DNA from: Eledone cirrhosa
Taxonomy: Eukaryota
Reading direction: 5' to 3'
DNA length: 64,000 bases
NCBI GenBank assembly: GCA_964016885.1
Contig: OZ024743.1
Location: 156,054,001-156,118,000 of the forward strand
Shown here: positions 25,608 to 37,905 of the stretch, one piece after another
How positions within the stretch are numbered: the stretch's first letter is position 1
Layout: every line of letters starts with the position of its first letter
Made by a program: the position numbers and the translations under genes
Notes under the pieces: model-generated
Told to the model about the DNA's origin: nothing
Databases searched by the model: none
Seen by the model: the letters and a program-made list of their open reading frames with translations, nothing else

Positions 25608-27521
25608 AGAATGTACACGTACATACATATATGTATACAGACGCGCAATAGTATGTATATATATATATATATATACATACATGCACACATATATATATAT
25701 ATATGTACGTATGGATTCACCGAACATTTATTATAATGCTCGGTGTGTTTGTAAACAAACATCCCGTATTAAGCCGTAGTGTCTAGCAACCATTGTTGAT
25801 CGTTTGTTCAACACTGACAAAGAAACGCTGTACTTGTTCCAAACTTATTAGCTATCGTCAGCAACGTATACCTTCCTGCCAGATGATTGAACGTCTGAAA
25901 GTATATACTTTCCTTATGCATATTAACGGCTGAGCAGACTAATTTGCATATCGAGTGGGTTAATTTGCAGGGTGCACCGAAAACGATAAACGGAAAAAAT
26001 AAATCGAAATTTCATTTCCCACTGTTAGTACGGCTGTTACTTAAATATAAGTATGTATACGTACATACATATATGTATGGTGTATAGTTCAATGCGTATA
26101 GTTCATGGTGTATACTTTTGATGTTTTGTCTGCTTTTTCTACAATTCCGTTAGTGCTGCGTAGTTCTATCAATAGTGCATCGATGTCGGTTTGCAGTTTG
26201 TAACGTTTTTATGAACTTGTTTCCATTTATCATGGTCATGAGGTTGAGCTCACAGGCATCAAGTTGGGGATTACCCGGTGGATTTTTGCAGGATTTGAAT
26301 CCGTATATTTCACTAGTAAATTCCTTTGTGTTATTAGCGTGTCCTTTGTCGTAATGATAGGCCTTCTACGGGATTCGACGGATGAAGTCACTAGTACGCT
26401 GTATCATGCCGAGTGTATAATCGCTGTTTGCAGGTATAGGTATGTTTTTTAAGGAATGCCTATGTGGTGCTTTTCCATGTTAGTGCCGTGCGTTAAGGTT
26501 GTTGCTCAACCTATTGGGAGCTGGGTATATGGTAAAACAAATTATCATTTCAGGTAATCGAGTTAGAGGTTGTGAGTAGACTGTATTATGGATAGTTTTA
26601 ACGTACGGCGTTCTTTGACTCCTCAAGACGTTTCCTTGGTTAGGTAGCGAGTTTGCGAGAATTCCCATGCATGTCATTCTTGGAGTAATATTAGTGAAAG
26701 AGTGAAGAATAACATGGTCGACTGTAAAAAAAGGGTTTTACTTACAGTATTTACAATTGTTTCGTTGATCAGGTGGGTCTAAAGGCACTTTTTTACAGCC
26801 TCAAGCACACAACGGCTAAGCAACCTATTATACATCATACTGACACCCTTATGTAAAACAGTGCCAAGCCTGAGATTTTTTAATTAGTTACAAAGCACTA
26901 CTGAACAAAAAAAATCTTATATAACGAGATTCCCCCCAACTCTCTTTTCTTTAAGAAATTTCATATTGAAAAAGAAAAATAAAAGTTGATGACACACGTA
27001 CTTTTAAACATTCGTAGAATGAGAAGAATGAGAAGAATGAGAATGAAAAGAATGAGTAGAAAAAATCGTAGTAGAGAAGAAAATTGTTGAAGATATTCTT
27101 TATAATTGTAGGAGAGTTGGTTCAGCTATAAGAAACGAATTTGAAAAACATCCTGCCATTATATTCATCAAAGGTCATCTATTGAAATGGAACCAGCCCT
27201 TCTCTTAAACACTCTCATCTTGCAGTCGACCTTCACCCTTTGCTGGGTGCATATATATATATATGTGTGTGTGTATGCTTTAATTCCTTTAAATCTTCAT
27301 CAACATTCCTTCACTCCCACACTCATTAACACCTCCATCCCCCAGACACATAGAACTCTCTCTTATATATAGATTCACACATCACAACCTGATTTCAGTT
27401 TGACAAACGCCGCCAATGAATGAGAGAAAGTCCTCCAAGAAATTTAAACAGTAATTTTTAAAATTTCTTCCAACGAAGATAACAAAGAACTTACTAGATT
27501 TACCAACTCATGTTATCTATA

Positions 27522-27705
27522 GGCGGATTGGTAGTATCGGTAGAGGGTCGGACATGCTTTTCAGCATAGTTACTTCCCTTTACGATCTGAGTTCAAATCC
27601 CACCGAGGATAACTTTGCCCTTCATCCTTACGGGGTCGATAATAAAAAGTACCAGTATTGTCCCGGGTAATTGCTGGCATTGTGCCAAAAGTAGAAACAA
27701 TTATC
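27522..27705 (+). mobile_element. tRNA-derived SINE
   Basis: GGCGGATTGGTAGTATCGGTAGAGGGTCGGAC head, GAGTTCAAATCC B-box and GTAGAAACAATTAT tail. Confidence 0.9.
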
Positions 27706-27707
27706 TA

Positions 27708-29590
27708 CTTATATATATAACCAGCAATTTCTCTGTCTGTCTGTCCGACAATGGAAACACGTGTGTAGAGAGAGAGTGAGAGTGAAAGAAAGAGACATAG
27801 TACGAGAGGGGGATAGCGGGAGGGAGAGAGGGAGAGAGAGAGAGTGAATAGACGCTAAAACACGTGCTACAGAAATGTTACCTTCCCCTTCCTTTATAGA
27901 AACATTACCTTCCCCTCTCCACTGACTTTGGTCACTGAGGCCGAGGGAATCGCTGGTTGCTATAGAGACACATTGCACAAGCCAGAAGTAACCAGTTCCA
28001 GGCGGTTCTGACATGACACCATGCGAAGAAGGGTGTCATTGAATTTGTGGTTTGAAGAAGGTTGCCATTGAATTCGTGGTTGTTTCTGCTGATAATAAGG
28101 ACCATTTGAAGAAGGTTGCTGCTGATGAGGTAATTTATTAATTAGATTGCGCAGTTCCATCACCTACGTTTGATTTGTTCAATTTTTTTCTTCAATTTTT
28201 TGTGTTGATTTTTTTTATTTCTTATTGAAAAAATATAAATAATAAAATAAGGTTAGAAATTTAAATACAATTAAATACGATTTAATTTCCATTTCCAGCA
28301 GCCGATGTCCAGTGTTCAATTTCATGAAAAAATTGGAAATAATTCAAAAAATTGAAGTTTAACTTTTGAACATTTGTTTTGACAATAAAAAAATATTTCC
28401 TTCTTTACGCCTAATGGTATGATTAAAATTTCATAGGAATATTTTTTTCTAACCGCCAGTTATTTATTTTCTCCTTTTTCGTTTTAACATATATTTATTT
28501 CAAAGATTACACCGTATAGATAGGATATATATTTATACATGCATAAAAGACACACCGAGAGACGGTGAACATGTGGTGCCGAACAGATTTATCATCCAAA
28601 TCTCAAGAATATCAGTATATACACTAGATTTGCTAGCAGAAAACCGCCAACCGGGTGGTTTTCTGTTAGTCTATATATATAAAACTGGGGATGTCTGTGT
28701 GTGTGTGAGTTTGAATCCCTAAAACTCGAGAACCACCAGACCGACTTTTTTCAAAATATACACATGTAATACTTATGTTTCAGGGAACGTTCTGAGCAAA
28801 AATAAGTTCAAATTGTCAATGCCCTAAGGACCACATTAGGGATTTAACGATCTCCCTCTATAATTCTTAGTCTTTCTCTTTTTAGATAGATACATACATA
28901 TGACGTCGCGCCCTTATAATATCTGTCTGTATCTCTGGCTGTCTGCATTACTTAACTTCTCTGAGGATGTCTATCTGTGTGTGTGTGTGTCTGTATATTG
29001 TGTGTGTGTCTGTGAGTTTGAATCGCTAATACTCAAGAAGTACCCAATCGATTTTTTACAAGCTTTACATGTGTATTACTTATGTTTCAAGGAGTGTTAT
29101 GCATATAAAATAATTAAACTTGTTGATCTCCTATTAGGTGAAAAATTGCGTCTTTTAAGATTTTTCGGGGTTTTTTGAGGCGTTATGTGAGACCAATTTC
29201 CTTGAAATTGTAACTATGTATTAGTCAGTCTCTTCTTCATAGGGTGAGCAAAGAAAATCCAACTTGTTATGGCATAGGTGAAAAACTTACTCTTTTTAGA
29301 TTTTTAGGGCTTTTCGGAAGCGTTACGTTTCGCCGATTTTCCCGAAATTTCAAGGCATATTATGCTCATAAAACAAGGTCATTAACTTGATCCCCTAGGG
29401 CCCGCATTAAGTGAAAACCTGCATGTTTCCTGCTTAATCGAGGAAAATCTTAAGGATTATCCTGTCATCAGAGTATTCGGATTATTTTCTTTACATATTG
29501 TCCAGGCATGCAGTTTTTCCACGTTTAGGTCTGTTGCAGCCCACCTTCCAAAATACCTTACCCTGTGCAACGCCGGGTATGACTGATAGT
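27708..29590 (+). mobile_element. Two head-to-tail non-autonomous Helitron-like elements (27708-28670; 28670-29590)
   Basis: 5' ends T(C/T)TATATATATAA..TGTCTGT. 3' GC-rich hairpins followed by a degenerate CTAG|T (CAGAAAACCGCC..GGTGGTTTTCTGTTAGT; CCCTGTGCAACGCCGGGTATGACTGATAGT). Confidence 0.6.
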
Positions 29591-30418
29591 TATAATATGA
29601 AATTAAATCAAATTATTTAGAACTACATGTCAAGTCACAGTTTTTCCTTTTTTAAAATATACCTAACTGTACCAAGGGCCTCACAAATGTTCCAGTATAT
29701 ATATATATATGTGTGTGTGTGTGTGCCTGTAATGGTAGCTATGGTGCTTCCATATGCGGTATGCTAGTTGACCAATCTATGTTCTTACAGAGCAGAGTAT
29801 GATATAATATCAAACGAAAATACATCACTGATTTTTCGTTTTATATTATATATATATATATATATACACACACAATATGTTGAAACGGTAACACACCAGA
29901 GACAGTGCGCTATCAATAAAACAGGGAAAATACCACCAGTGTATGGAATCTATAACCTATGAAAGGCAGACTATAGACACGATAATTAAAAATATAAATT
30001 AAAGCGTAAATAAATACCTCTATAACTATATAACACAGGTACAAATCCAAAGAGATCTTTTTCGCCAGTAAGTTGTTGACAGAAATGGAATAACCTCGGT
30101 TCCTCAGCGTGGGTAAGGCTATACATTTCAGACAACACTAAGAGAATGTTAAAAGTGACTGTCCAGCTACACGCGGGAGAGAGAAGTAGCGTGTTTAAGG
30201 GCAATGAACCAGTGGCCTCTGAGGGACGAGCTGCTAGAGAGGGCAACCCTAAACCACTCAGAGAAATGTGCTCAACCAAACAGAGAGATAGGAAAGACTG
30301 TTATATGGAGCGAAATATCACGAGACATTAACGGAGACTTAGAGCCTCGCCATTCCCTGTAAATAATGTACTCAAAGGAGAAGAAATCCTGAGCTCTTTA
30401 ATATATATATATATATAA

Positions 30419-30450
<32 letters not shown>

Positions 30451-30466
30451 AAATATATATATATAC

Positions 30467-30572
<106 letters not shown>

Positions 30573-30618
30573 AAATAGGGATGAAATCGAAAATGCAACT
30601 GAAGTCTTATTTTATATA

Positions 30619-30680
<62 letters not shown>

Positions 30681-30900
30681 TATATATATCTGTATATATA
30701 TATCTGGGAAGAGATTTATTCAACATGTCTCATATGAAATAATACACCCAATTTTCCACACAATACATTTAGTTAGGACCCCGAACGTTTAATTAGGAAT
30801 ATCCTCTCTTATTGCCTAATGTTTGTTGGGTGTGTTGGAATTTGGCCGGAGTATCTCAAAAAAACTGTCTCCGATAATGTATTTATTTATATATATATAC

Positions 30901-30991
<91 letters not shown>

Positions 30992-30997
<6 letters not shown>

Positions 30998-31058
30998 TGA
31001 GTGTGCACGGTTTTATATATATACATATATATATATAAACCGTGCACACTCACCCGCA
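30992..31058. repeat. 22-bp inverted repeat around a TA spacer
   Basis: TGCGGGTGAGTGTGCACGGTTT / AAACCGTGCACACTCACCCGCA. Confidence 0.9.
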
Positions 31059-32498
31059 CAGACAATAGAAAAAATAACAAATACACGCATCAACGATACA
31101 TAAGCGGCACACACAGAGAAGCAATAATGCACACGCCCACGAAAAACACTCCTTCATTAGCACACAAATAACAGCACCTAAGACCTAACTGATATCTGGG
31201 CCTCGGCATTTTGTCCCTCATGCTGGACTAATCACCTACAATTTCTATGCTTGTTAAAACTTTTTTCCACACTCCGCTGTTCCAGCCACTTGTCTCTCTC
31301 TCACTCTCTGTCTTTCTCCGAACACTCCATTTCCCGAAGAAGCACTTATGTCCACTACTCGAAAACTTTCATTTACTTTTTCATAATCATGAAACTAATA
31401 AGTCGTTCTGTTTTTGCATCTCTTTGTTTGTTTGGCCTAATCTTGAACTATATGTATTCACACACACACACACACACACGCACACACAAACACAGATACA
31501 CACACACATACGCACACACATACACACACAGATATATCATTGAAACACTACCGTTCTTTTATTGCTAAATATTATTGTCTATTTTACCCTCTTGTAGTAG
31601 TCTATTACTGTTCGATTATTCAATTCCTTTCCTCAACTTCTTCCATTGAAATCAATTTAAACTTGAAGTAGAAAATTACAGACGAATATTCTTTGAATAT
31701 TCATTTATTTATTTTTCTTTTAGCCGTCCCATCAAACTAATACCATATAACATTTTTAATATGAAGGAATTACTTCATTTTTTGTTTGATATTTCTTCCA
31801 TTCTCCTTTTATTATATTTTTTATTATATTTTTCTCTATTTTATTCTGTAATATTCATGAAATTCATTAATCGTTGATATTTTCTTTATTTGTTTACCAT
31901 TTTCCAACATCTTTGTGGTTTTGGTGTGCACATATACTTGTTGCTTTTCGATAATACTATTATTATTATTTATTATTTGGGTTTTTAAAAGAATATATTT
32001 CATTCAATATCCTTTTTCTCATTTATTTGTTCACCGCATCTTCAGCCTTATGTTGTACTTCTATTTCTGAATGATCGTTCTAGTGAAAGACACATTCTAA
32101 CACATAAGTGTCCTAAAGTGCTTCGAATAACAGATACTGCTTTCTGCGATTTTTCACCTATTTTTAAGCTTCAATTTTATCGTTTATTTATTCCATTGAC
32201 TCATTAAAAATTCATCGAAAATCAATATGTATTCTCTTAATTAAAAGAAAAATGAATGTATTCTTCCAAGGTATCTTAGAAACAAGAACAAGTTACGGAT
32301 TTAATATATTAAATGACAGAGTATCCATGAATTAAAATGTCATCAATAGAAAAAAGTCAATATTCCCTGAACTACAATGTTTCTCAAAAAAGCATGTATG
32401 AAAAACATTCTGTCAATATAAAATGCCTGAATTCAAACTACATTGAGGCTTGTAACAAAGGTTTGATTTTCAGTTAACTTGTTTCCCTCGTTGACAGT

Positions 32499-32694
32499 AT
32501 GTACACGAATATACACCAGGTCCGAACACGAAAGAACCAACCTGTCACTGTCTAAGTCTTTCACGCTATCCCCACCCCTCACGTTTGTGAGCAATGGGGA
32601 CCCATGTGCTGTGCGCTCCGCGACCCCGGTGAACAGAATAGAGAATGCGTTTGCCCGGAGGATAGTGAGAGAGAGGCGTTGGAAGAGCCTTTAA
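32499..32694 (+). other. Candidate terminal coding exon of a host gene
   Basis: GC-richer island in AT-rich unique DNA, acceptor-like TTTCCCTCGTTGACAG, and an open frame to a stop (..SEHERTNLSLSKSFTLSPP..RRIVRERRWKSL*). No homology recognised. Confidence 0.3.
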
Positions 32695-33756
32695 TAGAGA
32701 GACAAATTCTTAACACTGCACCACATGTCTCGATAATACACGTTCGATTTTTTTCTACATTGATAAGTAACTGTGACAGTATTTTCATAAATGGATTTAT
32801 GCTGTAAAATTAATATTGAAATTTGCTAATTTGATGAAAAAAAATCTTATTCTTTATGATATGGGGAAATTAATGTAAAAGTATAACCATGGAATCGTTG
32901 AAAAATGTTTCCCTTAAATAGCTAAATTAATATCAACTGTAGATTATGATGTCGAGTATAATGTTGCTCGCTGTAAAGTTGTTATGTATATTTTCACAAT
33001 TGTATGAATAGTAGTCTTATATAGAACATTTCTTCTAGAAATTTCCTGTGATAGTCATTTATATTCAGTCTAAGCAAAAATAACGTAATAGTATGATTTA
33101 CTACCGTTGATATCTGTTTCCATATTTTAATTCATCGTTCATGGTACTGCAACGTTTCTGATCAATTAGGATACAATCAGTCATACTATACTTCGGAATA
33201 TAAGACGTACTGCCTGACAGTAATAATTGAATAATCTAATGATTTATCTATATAATCATGAGAACTAATTTAGATGATTATCTACTCATTTTCTGAGTGC
33301 TAACAAAACATCACTTTATATATCCGAACTTATGTATAAAGCTAAAGGAGATTATATATGTTTCTTATCAGTGATAGATAATGTGGTGTATGTGCTATAA
33401 TAATGTGTAGTCTAATTTACTTGCCAAGCATTGCACTGGGTAATTGCTGGCTTTGTGCCAAAAGTAGAAACAATTATCATTTGCAGACAAATCCCGATCA
33501 AAATATGGTATTTTTACCATCACAATTTAACTATACATCATTTTGAGCCCTTACTAGTTACATGTGAGAGACAGCAATTCATTTGGTATTCCGTTTAAAA
33601 TTGTGCATCTCCCACGTAGTTGTTACATTCTTTAGAAACAGCAGACAGCACATCTCAAAAAAACAAAAACAAAATAAAGGAGACTAAAATATTGAACAAG
33701 AAATAATATTAGAATGCAGTCTTTGTATGAGGTGAAATGTTGTGCACAGAAATACA

Positions 33757-33945
33757 GTATGTTTCTATCGTTTGTATTTTTGGCACAAGGCCAGAAATTA
33801 TCGCAGTGTATTACTGGTACTTTATTTTATCGACCCCGTAAGGATGAAAGGCAAAGTTAACCTCGGCGGGATTTCAACGGAGACCACAAAGGGCCGTAAC
33901 TCTTTGCTGCAGGTCATGGCGTCCGGCCCTTTACCAATACTGACA
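33757..33945 (-). mobile_element. tRNA-derived SINE
   Basis: Same core (TTTATTTTATCGACCCCGTAAGGATGAAAGGCAAAGTTAACCTCGGCGGGATTT). Confidence 0.85.
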
Positions 33946-35038
33946 AGTGGAAGGGATGTTATAATCGAAAGGGAAGGTTGTTTAGTGTACGTCAAGTATT
34001 CTGCTTGCTATGAACAATGTCAAACTGGCATCAAGTTGTGTAACATCAAATTTTGTGTCCGTGAAAAGACAGTGTTAAGTTCCTCATGATTCTTTATATT
34101 TTAAAATTATTTGCAATATTAACCATCTATTAACAGCCAGCAATACTACGCTCCTTATATTTCTATACATATTGATCCGTCGTAATATTCGAAACTGAGA
34201 GAAAATGTTCTGCTGCAGGGTTTATTATAAATCTTTTTTATATGCACTAAACATCTTTACTGAAATTTGTAATGCTGATTGTGTTGAATATTTCAGTTAT
34301 TGAAAGTACTTCTTTACTCACGATATTATACGTGAAACACCACTTTAAATGCAACACTATGTTGGAAATATCAGATGTGAATTATCTTTATTCCGGAATA
34401 TAGTAAGTTGTAGATAAATATATGGCTTTATTACATATCCCTTATATTATTGGTACCCATTCTTTGGAGATATTGTGTAAAAAATGGAAATGAAGGATAT
34501 TTGAAAGAGATCTAGTAATTCAAGAGTGTGCACTATATGTGTTGCACTTATTTTTGTTGCTATGTAACCTTAGCTTAGTCTGCATTAAATGATACACAAT
34601 CGATGATATTCACGCTGCATCTAACATACCTTTATCGGTAGAATGAATTACAATAAACAACATCATTCTTTAAAAGATTCTATATAATACAATAATAGTA
34701 ACCGAAACGGCGTCAAATAAAGAATATACGGAGATGTATTCAATTAAATGTGTAATGATATCAGGTAAAATCGCTTAGTTAAATGTTACATCTAGAATCC
34801 TTTATTTAGCTTCTTAAAACAATACAAGTTTACATATAGTTTATTCCGATTACATTATTCAATTAGAGAAAGAAAACGTGTGTTCGAATACTTCAGAAAT
34901 GTGGTTTATGCCAACAGCAAATAAACACAAAACACTCAACCTCAACAAGCAGAGTAATTTGATCGTGAGAAAATCTCTTCATTCAAAAGCAATCACCATT
35001 GAGATTACAAGGAAGCTCCGGGCTAAAGGTAGATAAAT

Positions 35039-35111
<73 letters not shown>

Positions 35112-35260
35112 GTGTGTAAGTATGCTTTTGTGTTTTTTTGTGTGTGTTTGCATGTGTAGTTTTATTTTATTTTTCCTTTCCTTTTCCCTTTTCCAGCCTC
35201 ACTTTCATATAGATTGCATTTTTGTTTTTAGAATAAAACAATAAACAAACCAGGATTTTT

Positions 35261-35314
35261 CATTCTGAGGATTGAAAGCAAAACCTTTTGCTTTTAAGAA
35301 ACCACTGGTAAATG
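35261..35314 (+). ncRNA. Type I hammerhead ribozyme in a pLTR-like remnant (35230-35425)
   Basis: CATT-CTGAGGA-TTGAAAGCAAAA-CC-TTTTGCTTTTAA-GAAA-CCACTGG-TA-AATG. Identical motif at 48838-48891(-) and 48968-49021(+). Confidence 0.85.
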
Positions 35315-35425
35315 GAATAATTGCCTTATGTTGTTTATTACATAATAATAATAATAATAATTAAGCTCTGTTGCATACATAGAGCACTCTTTTTTCCTGG
35401 ACTTTTCCAATGGAATTACTTCATT

Positions 35426-35478
<53 letters not shown>

Positions 35479-35527
35479 GGGGGGGGGGATAAATATACAC
35501 GGGTGTGTATGATTGTCTATAGAATAT

Positions 35528-35917
35528 TATATTGATAAAAGGAATTCCAACTTTGTCTGTTTTACTCGTTTTATTTACAATCCTTTAAAATTTATAATGG
35601 TATTATAATGAAATAGTATGATAGAATATTAAATGTTAAGTGTTAATTGAACAAGTACTTTCATGTTTTCGCAATCTTCAGGTTCATAATGTGTGGTGAC
35701 AGTCAAGTTTGCAATTTTCACAGTTGAAAATTGCAAACTTGACTGTCGCCACACATTATGAACCTGAAGATTGCGAAAGCATGAAAGTACTTGTTCAATT
35801 AACACTTAACATTTAATATTCTATCATACTATTTCATTATAATACCATTATACATTTTAAAGGATTGTAAATAAAACCAGTAAATCAGACAAAGTTGGAA
35901 TTCCTTTTATTAATATA
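35528..35917. repeat. ~190-bp-arm foldback (4-nt spacer) with a hammerhead motif in each arm
   Basis: Arms 35528-35720 and 35725-35917, with few mismatches. Confidence 0.9.
35759..35797 (+). ncRNA. Minimal hammerhead ribozyme (mirror copy 35648-35686 on -)
   Basis: TGAAC-CTGAAGA-TTGC-GAAA-GCAT-GAAA-GTAC-TT-GTTCA; stem III region palindromic (AAGTACTT). Confidence 0.75.
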
Positions 35918-35936
35918 TATATATATATATATATAT

Positions 35937-37021
35937 AGTGTATATATAGTGTATTTTGCAGTACACTGTATACTTAATTAAAAGCATTTCGAAGAATGTT
36001 TTTGCAAAATACACTATATATACATTCATATATATATCGCTATTTCGGAGCACCAATTCTAATTTTCAATTTCTGCTTGACCGGCAACCGCTCTGTATAG
36101 TCAGTTCCTGATTATTACTAGAATTATATAAGAATCAAACATACATGATTTTCAGCAAACAGCTGGAGTACTTAGCTTTGATATGTACCAACAAGTACGA
36201 ATCAGAGCTCTGTCAGCTTTATAATTCCTTGTTTGCTGAACATTTAAAATAAGTGAGACTGTCACTACTCTAAAACAATAGCGTAAGGTCTTCGAAATGC
36301 TTTTAATTAAGCATACAGTGTATTGCAAAATACACTATATATACATTCATATATATATCGCTATTTCAGACCACCAATTCTAATTTTCAATTTCTGCTTG
36401 ACCGGCAAGCGCACTGTAAAATCAGTTCCTGATTATTACTAGAATTCTATAAGAATCAAACATTCAAGATTTTCAGCAAACAGGTGGAGTACTTAGCTTT
36501 GATAAATACCAAAAAGTACGAAACAGAGCTCTGTCAGCTTTATCTCTCCTTGTTTACTGAAAATTTAATGTAAGTGAGACTGTCACTACTCTAAAAGAAT
36601 AGCGTAAGGTCTTCGAAATGCTTTTAATTAAGCATACAGTGTATTGCAAAATACACTATATATACATTCATATATATATCGCTATTTCAGATCACCAATT
36701 CTAATTTTCAGTTTCTGCTTGACCGGCAAGCGCTCTGTAAAATCAGTTCCTGATTATTACTAGAATTCTATAAGAATAAAACATTCATGATTTTCAGCAA
36801 ACACGTGGAGTACTTAGCTTTGATAAGTACCAAAAAGTACGAAACAGAGCTCTGTCAGCTTTATCTCCCCTTGTTTGCTGAACATTTAAAGTAAGTGAGA
36901 CTGTCACTACTCTAAAGCAATAGCATAAGGTCTTCGAAATGCTTTTAATTAAGCATATAGTGCAATATACACTATATATACATTTATATATATATCGCTA
37001 TTTCAGAGCACCAATTCTAAT
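35937..37021 (+). mobile_element. Retrozyme-like element: ~3.2 tandem 321-bp units plus a short inverted 5' piece, in (TA)n
   Basis: Units start at 36004, 36325, 36646 and 36962 (partial). One HHR per unit. Inverted fragment at 35937-35995. No meaningful ORF. Confidence 0.85.
36793..36882 (+). ncRNA. Full type I hammerhead ribozyme (U3-A8 variant), intact copy in unit 3
   Basis: TTCAGCAAACA..GGAG-TACTT-AGCT-TTGATAA-GTAC-CAAAAA-GTAC-GAAA-CAGAGCTCTG-TC^AGCT-TTAT-CTCC..TGTTTGCTGAA. Confidence 0.85.
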
Positions 37022-37022
37022 G

Positions 37023-37086
<64 letters not shown>

Positions 37087-37303
37087 TATTTAGGTATCGA
37101 GAGAGAGAGAAAAAAAAGGGGAGGATAGGTGATACATATAGTTATTTGCCAAGTAGCGTATGACAAAGGTGCTCGATACTAGTGCCGGCAGTATAAATAT
37201 TCGAAGTGTTAATATTTAGTGGGCTAGAGAGTTAGCAGAGCGTAAGCACGTGGGAAAGTAAGAAATCGGAGAAAGGACCGTTAAAACATGTTTATTTAAA
37301 ACA

Positions 37304-37343
37304 GCACCTACGTACGTTTCGCCCAGTTGGGCTTCTCAAGGGC
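37304..37343 (-). ncRNA. Minimal hammerhead ribozyme (U3-A8 variant)
   Basis: Minus strand: GCCC-TTGAGAA-GCCCA-AC-TGGGC-GAAA-CGTACG-TA-GGTGC, followed by AATAAA. Confidence 0.75.
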
Positions 37344-37785
37344 ATAAATAATCAAAAGTGTTCCTTACATTGCTCTGAAAGATTTTTTGGGGTTAACTCC
37401 ACGTCAAGGATATATATAATACATACGTCCTACGGGCGTGTTTTGAAACTCTAAAAGAGGTATCCTTTGATAAGTCGGCAAACCTCTCAAAATTATTGCA
37501 TCTCTATGATGTAATGTTTTTGCATAATAGCCACGAAACTACGTAGTCGAACATAATGAAGGAATTTAGGTATATCATATCTTTTTATGTATATCTAATG
37601 TTTCTTCTTTCTTTATAATGTATTATATAGCTCTGATATTGAATCAATCTAATCCATTCAAATTATTTTGTCCCTATTATTCATAGAGCAACAGCGGTTA
37701 AGGTTGGCACCACCCACATTCAGGTATATATGTGGGTATATGCATGTATATGTATGTATTCGCATGTGTCTGTGTATTTCTTTGT

Positions 37786-37905
<120 letters not shown>

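Noticed and set aside
27522-27605. tRNA gene
   Set aside because: The A and B boxes belong to a SINE head, and no cloverleaf is evident.
36004-37021. CRISPR array or plain satellite
   Set aside because: There are no unique spacers and the context is eukaryotic. Each unit holds a ribozyme fold, and a dispersed copy shares the same endpoint.
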